Origin: a virus
Lineage: Duplodnaviria; Caudoviricetes
Direction: 5' to 3' (one strand)
Length of the DNA: 32,010 nt
Virus record (IMG/VR): IMGVR_UViG_3300037851_000276
Span: 1 to 32,010 of that record
Under the pieces are notes generated by a model. It saw nothing but the letters and a program-made list of their open reading frames with translations. It had not been told where the DNA came from and ran no database searches. Shown piece after piece: positions 28,310-32,010 of this stretch (position 1 is its first letter; each line of letters begins with the position of its first letter). The translations under genes and the position numbers were made by a program.

Positions 28310-28555
28310 TGGGAAGGGCAGTCTTGTACCACAAGAGGCTGCGCCTTCCCTACTTGCTTGACTGGATGAGTTCTCCGTCTCGAAGTCCCTACATAGACAC
28401 CGCGCTTGTAGGTCTGGTTGAATACTTTTGGGGTATCGGTCCCCGTGGTAGCGTGCTTTCAACCTTTGGGCTGCACTTGGCTCCTGTTGCTACGTACCCC
28501 GGATAAGAGCCTTTGATAGTCTACCTGTCCGTGGTTTATCTCCTCAGGATAGACT
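28310..28555. ncRNA. Candidate structured RNA / leader
   Basis: Four consecutive stem-loops in a GC-richer, probably non-coding stretch. Confidence 0.35.
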
Positions 28556-28566
28556 TTATTTTTCTA

Positions 28567-28581
28567 ACAACAACCATGCCA
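28567..28581 (-). promoter_or_regulatory. Degenerate sigma-54-like promoter TGGCATGGTTGTTGT
   Basis: Two mismatches to consensus; immediately upstream of the structured region. Confidence 0.4.
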
Positions 28582-28616
28582 AACACGGGTTCTCCGTTTT
28601 GGCAGGTATTTTACGT

Positions 28617-28632
28617 TGTTCCACGTGGAACA
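28617..28632. promoter_or_regulatory. parS-like palindrome TGTTCCACGTGGAACA
   Basis: Perfect 16-bp palindrome (18 bp with flanks) matching the bacterial chromosomal parS consensus. Confidence 0.75.
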
Positions 28633-28644
28633 AAAACCGTGCCA
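28630..28644 (-). promoter_or_regulatory. Sigma-54-like promoter TGGCACGGTTTTTGT
   Basis: One mismatch at -12; heads the whole minus-strand block and overlaps parS. Confidence 0.6.
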
Positions 28645-28712
28645 AAGATTTTTTTTCAAAAGATGAAACAATGTTTTGGGTGCTTTCGTTAGTACTCAAA
28701 AACAAAATATTT

Positions 28713-29042
28713 ATGGATTTACGTGTCAAACAAATAGTAGATGACTTTAAAAAGTCAGACAACTCTTTCAAGGATCGCCCCACAGGACTTGCCGCCATTT
28801 TCGGTAAAAATCATTATACTGAAAGCGAGGTAAGGGACATTTGGCACCGCGGAGTTGAGACTGGTGTTGAAATGGGCCTTTTTGAGGCAAATCTTGAAGG
28901 TCAACGTATAGAATTGACACAAAACATAGACTCCCCCAAGCAGCGGGAGTTTGTTGAAAAACTATACAAACTGTGTGAGGAATACAAATGTGCAGTACAG
29001 TATCACCCAATTAAGGGTATGTGCTTGGTAGATAGGTCATGA
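28713..29042 (+). CDS. Hypothetical protein (start revised to MDLRVK)
   Basis: A-rich leader before ATG 28713; ATGA overlap with the next gene. Confidence 0.6.
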   Translation: MDLRVKQIVDDFKKSDNSFKDRPTGLAAIFGKNHYTESEVRDIWHRGVETGVEMGLFEANLEGQRIELTQNIDSPKQREFVEKLYKLCEEYKCAVQYHPIKGMCLVDRS

Positions 29043-29245
29043 CACACAGGTGCAAATATTGTGGCAAGGAAATTGATGAAGACCTTTGGAGCGAGAAGCA
29101 GGCGATGAACCTAGAAGAAAATGGGTATTGGTGTCCAAACGCGCCCCGCACAGGTGATGACTGGCCCGAGCATAAAATAGAGACAAAATTAGACAGACTA
29201 ACTAAATTCTATGAACACGCAAGAAAAAAGACAACTAGCCGCTGA
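29039..29245 (+). CDS. Small Zn-finger protein with the shared C-terminal helix motif
   Basis: CKYCGKEI...WC...H.IETKLDRLTKFYEHA. Confidence 0.7.
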   Translation: MTHRCKYCGKEIDEDLWSEKQAMNLEENGYWCPNAPRTGDDWPEHKIETKLDRLTKFYEHARKKTTSR

Positions 29246-29375
29246 CCATTTGGCACGGCTCATTGAAATTCCCAAACTCATCGAAGACCTGTCGGTCAAA
29301 GAGGTCATTGACCTTATGGTGGGCTTTCAGGAGGAAGTAGAGCAAAAATGCGCCTGTTGCAATGACAAGGCCTGA
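29211..29375 (+). CDS. Hypothetical 54-aa protein (below the ORF-track cutoff)
   Basis: MNTQEKRQLAADHLARL...KCACCNDKA; its ATG lies in the TAT GAA of the upstream FYE motif and it fills the gap. Confidence 0.55.
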   Translation: MNTQEKRQLAADHLARLIEIPKLIEDLSVKEVIDLMVGFQEEVEQKCACCNDKA

Positions 29376-29598
29376 CGTTACTTGCGCCTCGGACTACGCG
29401 GTCATAGAGACCCCACGCCTCAAAGCCTACTACGGCTATGAGGAAACCTGCCCCCATACCGACGAATGGTGTTTTGTGGTGTGGAAGGGGGGTAAAGAGG
29501 TCTTCCGGGCCCGAAACACCGAACTTCTAAACGTAGCCTCGGGCGAGGGCCCAAAAGACATGCTCCTCGCGGGCCTAGCCCTTTACCTGTCAAAATGA
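29362..29598 (+). CDS. Hypothetical protein
   Basis: ORF overlapping both neighbours. Confidence 0.55.
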   Translation: MTRPDVTCASDYAVIETPRLKAYYGYEETCPHTDEWCFVVWKGGKEVFRARNTELLNVASGEGPKDMLLAGLALYLSK

Positions 29599-30107
29599 AA
29601 CTATTAGCACTACTACTGTCTTTTCCCCTGTGGGGGCAAAGCCCCAAGGACTTTGTGGCTGCCTACTACCCATTAGCCGTAGAGGTGGGCGACCGGCACG
29701 GTGTACACCCTGAGATAATTCTTACTCAGGCAGCCCTAGAGTCAGGGTGGGGTAAAAACAGCCAAGGAAATAATTTTTTTGGGATCAAGGGCCGGGGGCA
29801 ACTTTTGCGTACCCACGAGTACCACCGAACCACGACGGTTACCTACCCCCATATTTTTTCTATCACCGAGACCCCCAAGGGGTACCGTTATGTGATTTTG
29901 GACCATTTTAAGTGCTATGACGACCCCTTATACGCTTTTGAGGACTTTGTGCGGGTGGCAAAAAAGCTAGGCAAACACCACTGCAGCCCAAAGAAATACT
30001 TCCGTTCACTGGAGAAATACGCAACCAACCCAGCCTATCACTCGTTATTACTCAAAGTGCATAAGATTGTCAAACAACAAATCAAAGAACAATGCTTACC
30101 TATGTGA
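29595..30107 (+). CDS. GH73 (FlgJ-like) glucosaminidase/muramidase with an N-terminal signal peptide
   Basis: QAALESGWG, NNFFGIKG, YATNPAY; MKLLALLLSFPLWG|Q leader. Confidence 0.85.
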   Translation: MKLLALLLSFPLWGQSPKDFVAAYYPLAVEVGDRHGVHPEIILTQAALESGWGKNSQGNNFFGIKGRGQLLRTHEYHRTTTVTYPHIFSITETPKGYRYVILDHFKCYDDPLYAFEDFVRVAKKLGKHHCSPKKYFRSLEKYATNPAYHSLLLKVHKIVKQQIKEQCLPM

Positions 30108-30406
30108 TTTACGCCCTTCTTCAGACCGCCATCCTCATCATTGTCGATAAGGACCGGGAAACCCCTATCAAGGACCGCGTCTACGTGTGGTTGTCCCTAG
30201 TGGCCACCCCAGTTATGACCTGCCTAGTGCTGTACGTGCTTTATGAGGATTTTGTGGCCCGTTCCAAGGGCCCCATCAAATTCCTGTACTGGGTAGTTGT
30301 GGCACTATTTTTGCTTATCATGGCCATGATGATAAGCTGCCGCCCCTATCCCAACCAGTCAAAAGTAATCAAGGCCGATCCCGCCAAAAAAGCCGTTTTC
30401 CGATGA
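30092..30406 (+). CDS. Membrane protein (3 hydrophobic segments)
   Basis: Hydrophobic stretches; lipobox-like MMISC in the last segment. Confidence 0.55.
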   Translation: MLTYVIYALLQTAILIIVDKDRETPIKDRVYVWLSLVATPVMTCLVLYVLYEDFVARSKGPIKFLYWVVVALFLLIMAMMISCRPYPNQSKVIKADPAKKAVFR

Positions 30407-30705
30407 AAAAGTTGGTTTCTGAAGAGCTTGCTTGGCCCGCAGGTGTAAGCCTCACGGGGCCTGTCAACGAAGTGATATCAGGGCTTACTTCCTTATCACA
30501 AAAGTTTCCAAACCACCAGAACTTTCGCCTGATTCCTTACTATGAGGAGTGTGTGTTGTGGGGGGACAGGGAAGAGACCGATGAGGAATACACCTACAGG
30601 CTGGAATTAGAAAAAAAGCGCGAAGCTAGGGCTCAGGCCAAAAAAGAAAAGAAAGAAAAACGGGAGCGCTACTTACTTGAGCGCTTAAAGGCAAAATATG
30701 GATAA
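30403..30705 (+). CDS. Hypothetical phage protein with a charged C-terminal helix
   Basis: REETDEEY...ERLKAKYG. Confidence 0.6.
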   Translation: MKKLVSEELAWPAGVSLTGPVNEVISGLTSLSQKFPNHQNFRLIPYYEECVLWGDREETDEEYTYRLELEKKREARAQAKKEKKEKRERYLLERLKAKYG

Positions 30706-30907
30706 CGGGCAGATTAATTTCATGATGGCACGGATAAAGGAGTACATATTTCAAAAAAAGGGGGTCTTGGTAGAAATATCAGCCCCCGACACTCCTTTGC
30801 AGATTCACCTGATGATGTCTGCCTTTGCTACTGCTAACAGGTACCTAAACGAACAAGAAAATGACAAAGAAAGAGAAGTACGTGGAGAAACGCCTGACGA
30901 CATTTGA
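30698..30907 (+). CDS. Hypothetical protein
   Basis: ORF overlapping neighbours. Confidence 0.5.
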   Translation: MDNGQINFMMARIKEYIFQKKGVLVEISAPDTPLQIHLMMSAFATANRYLNEQENDKEREVRGETPDDI

Positions 30908-31049
30908 CCGCGTGTGCCAGCACATTTGGCTGTGGCCGGTAGCATCGGTTTTTGCCATAGTTATCGTGGGTATGTTTACCGGCATTACCCTTTTTACCTA
31001 CATAACCCTTAACTCCTTTGTTTTTGGGTTTTCATTGGTGGTACGATAA
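30861..31049 (+). CDS. Small membrane protein
   Basis: Basic N-terminus and long hydrophobic segment. Confidence 0.45.
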   Translation: MTKKEKYVEKRLTTFDRVCQHIWLWPVASVFAIVIVGMFTGITLFTYITLNSFVFGFSLVVR

Positions 31050-31491
31050 AAAAATACCGCCCGTAGACATGCACATCGGCTTTAGGTACGATGAAAAGGA
31101 ACGCGCTAATTCTGTTACAACGTCTTTTAAAGCTGTTACCGGCAAAAGAGGCACTAAAAACAAATGGGAAACTGTTGAGTGGCGTACCCCTAAATTTCCA
31201 CTTATTGACGCCCGCGTAGGGCACTACACGGTGGGCGAGTGGGCTAAAAAGTCTGGATTAATTTTCCCCCCTGACTCCAACTGTGTTGGATGTTTTTGGA
31301 AGCCAGTTCAGCAACTACGTAAAAATTTTGATGACAATCCTGAAAAAATGGAGTGGTTTTCATCAAAGGAGGCAAAAGGAAAGCAGTGGCAAACTGATAT
31401 GAGTTATGCTCAAATAAAGAAAGTGGGACTGCAGCAGGACTTTTTCTTTGGAACAGGCTCTGGCTGCCAAGCAGGTTATTGCACTGACTAA
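31018..31491 (+). CDS. C-terminal part of a PAPS-reductase-like (PP-loop family) protein
   Basis: IGFRYDE..RA, FPLI, SNCVGCFWK and terminal GC..GYC are present; no N-terminal SGG-type PP-loop is visible. Confidence 0.55.
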   Translation: MFLGFHWWYDKKIPPVDMHIGFRYDEKERANSVTTSFKAVTGKRGTKNKWETVEWRTPKFPLIDARVGHYTVGEWAKKSGLIFPPDSNCVGCFWKPVQQLRKNFDDNPEKMEWFSSKEAKGKQWQTDMSYAQIKKVGLQQDFFFGTGSGCQAGYCTD

Positions 31492-31505
31492 ACACTAAAA
31501 TAAAA

Positions 31506-31778
31506 ATGAAGAAAACAGCTAAGTACTACAAGGAAAATCCCGAGGCCTACAAGAAGAAACTTGCCTACGACAAAAAGAACAATGCAGAACCTAAAAACAA
31601 GAAGAAACGTGCCGAACTCAACAAGTACAACAGGGAAAATGGGACCTACGGCAACGGGGACAATAAAGATGCCTCCCACAAAGGCGGGAAAATCGTTGGT
31701 TTTGAGTCTGCCTCTAAAAACAGGGGATCAAAAACAAATTCGGCAGGTGACCGTCGAGCCCGCGGGAAAAAACGTTAG
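31506..31778 (+). CDS. Small basic HNH-like protein
   Basis: GDNKDASHKGG...ESASKNRG, a degenerate beta-beta-alpha-Me pattern; Lys-rich. Confidence 0.5.
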   Translation: MKKTAKYYKENPEAYKKKLAYDKKNNAEPKNKKKRAELNKYNRENGTYGNGDNKDASHKGGKIVGFESASKNRGSKTNSAGDRRARGKKR

Positions 31779-31971
31779 GGTAGGCGGAGAGTACTATAAC
31801 TTTGTAGGCACACCGCTTCGCTGTGTATCCATAAGCGAGGCAAGCGGTAACTACGAACTTAAAAATCTTTCCACGGGGCACAAGACGTGGTACAGCCCCG
31901 AAGACATTGAAAGTTTGTATTGCACTAAAGAGCAGCGACTAAAAATTTTTTATGAATTGGTCACAAAGTAA
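31747..31971 (+). CDS. Small SH3-like protein with the shared C-terminal helix motif (start uncertain)
   Basis: VRVGGEYYNF...YCTKEQRLKIFYELVTK. Confidence 0.55.
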   Translation: MTVEPAGKNVRVGGEYYNFVGTPLRCVSISEASGNYELKNLSTGHKTWYSPEDIESLYCTKEQRLKIFYELVTK

Positions 31972-32010
31972 ACTAAAGGATTTCAAGGTAATGTGCCCCC
32001 GCCGTTGGGA
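31952..32010 (+). CDS. Start of a probable Cas4-like/PD-(D/E)XK exonuclease (partial)
   Basis: MNWSQSKLKDFKVMCPRRW matches the S-x-S-x-L...CPRR N-terminus; its ATG lies inside the upstream FYE codons. Confidence 0.5.
   Translation, partial: MNWSQSKLKDFKVMCPRRW

Noticed and set aside
28265-28462. N-terminal 66 aa of the 190-aa nuclease ORF
   Set aside because: TTG start, non-protein-like sequence, overlap with the hairpin region, and a better ATG at 28264.
28600-28614. TGGCAGGTATTTTAC as a divergent sigma-54 promoter
   Set aside because: Mismatches in both boxes; too weak to call.
29251-29265. TGGCACGGCTCATTG as a plus-strand sigma-54 promoter
   Set aside because: The -12 element is misplaced and the site is inside a coding region.
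1-32010. Stop-codon reassignment as in some crAss-like phages
   Set aside because: Long genes are intact under the standard code, and TAG and TGA both serve as real stops (e.g. portal TAG, ATGA overlaps).

Overview
This is a 32-kb segment of a tailed dsDNA phage that resembles the crAss-like (Crassvirales-type) podoviruses. The host is probably in the Bacteroidota: start regions are A-rich with no Shine-Dalgarno sequence, and signal peptides are followed by Gln. Positions 1-28.3 kb are read on the minus strand and hold the morphogenesis module: terminase, portal, scaffold-like protein, major capsid protein, holin, YkuD-like lysin, tail fibres, ring protein and large virion proteins. The capsid gene is split by a group I intron encoding a LAGLIDADG endonuclease. 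A divergent control region at about 28.3-28.7 kb precedes small plus-strand genes. The most unusual signals are: (1) at least nine small genes with different N-terminal domains that share one ungapped C-terminal motif, [TSP]-K-x3-[IL]-x2-F-Y-E-x-V, whose DNA overlaps the next gene's ATG; (2) recurring sigma-54 (-24/-12) promoters in front of late-strand genes; (3) a perfect chromosomal-type parS palindrome overlapping one of these promoters; (4) a hairpin-rich ~250-nt segment ahead of a PD-(D/E)XK nuclease. All calls come from reading motifs by eye; no database search was run.
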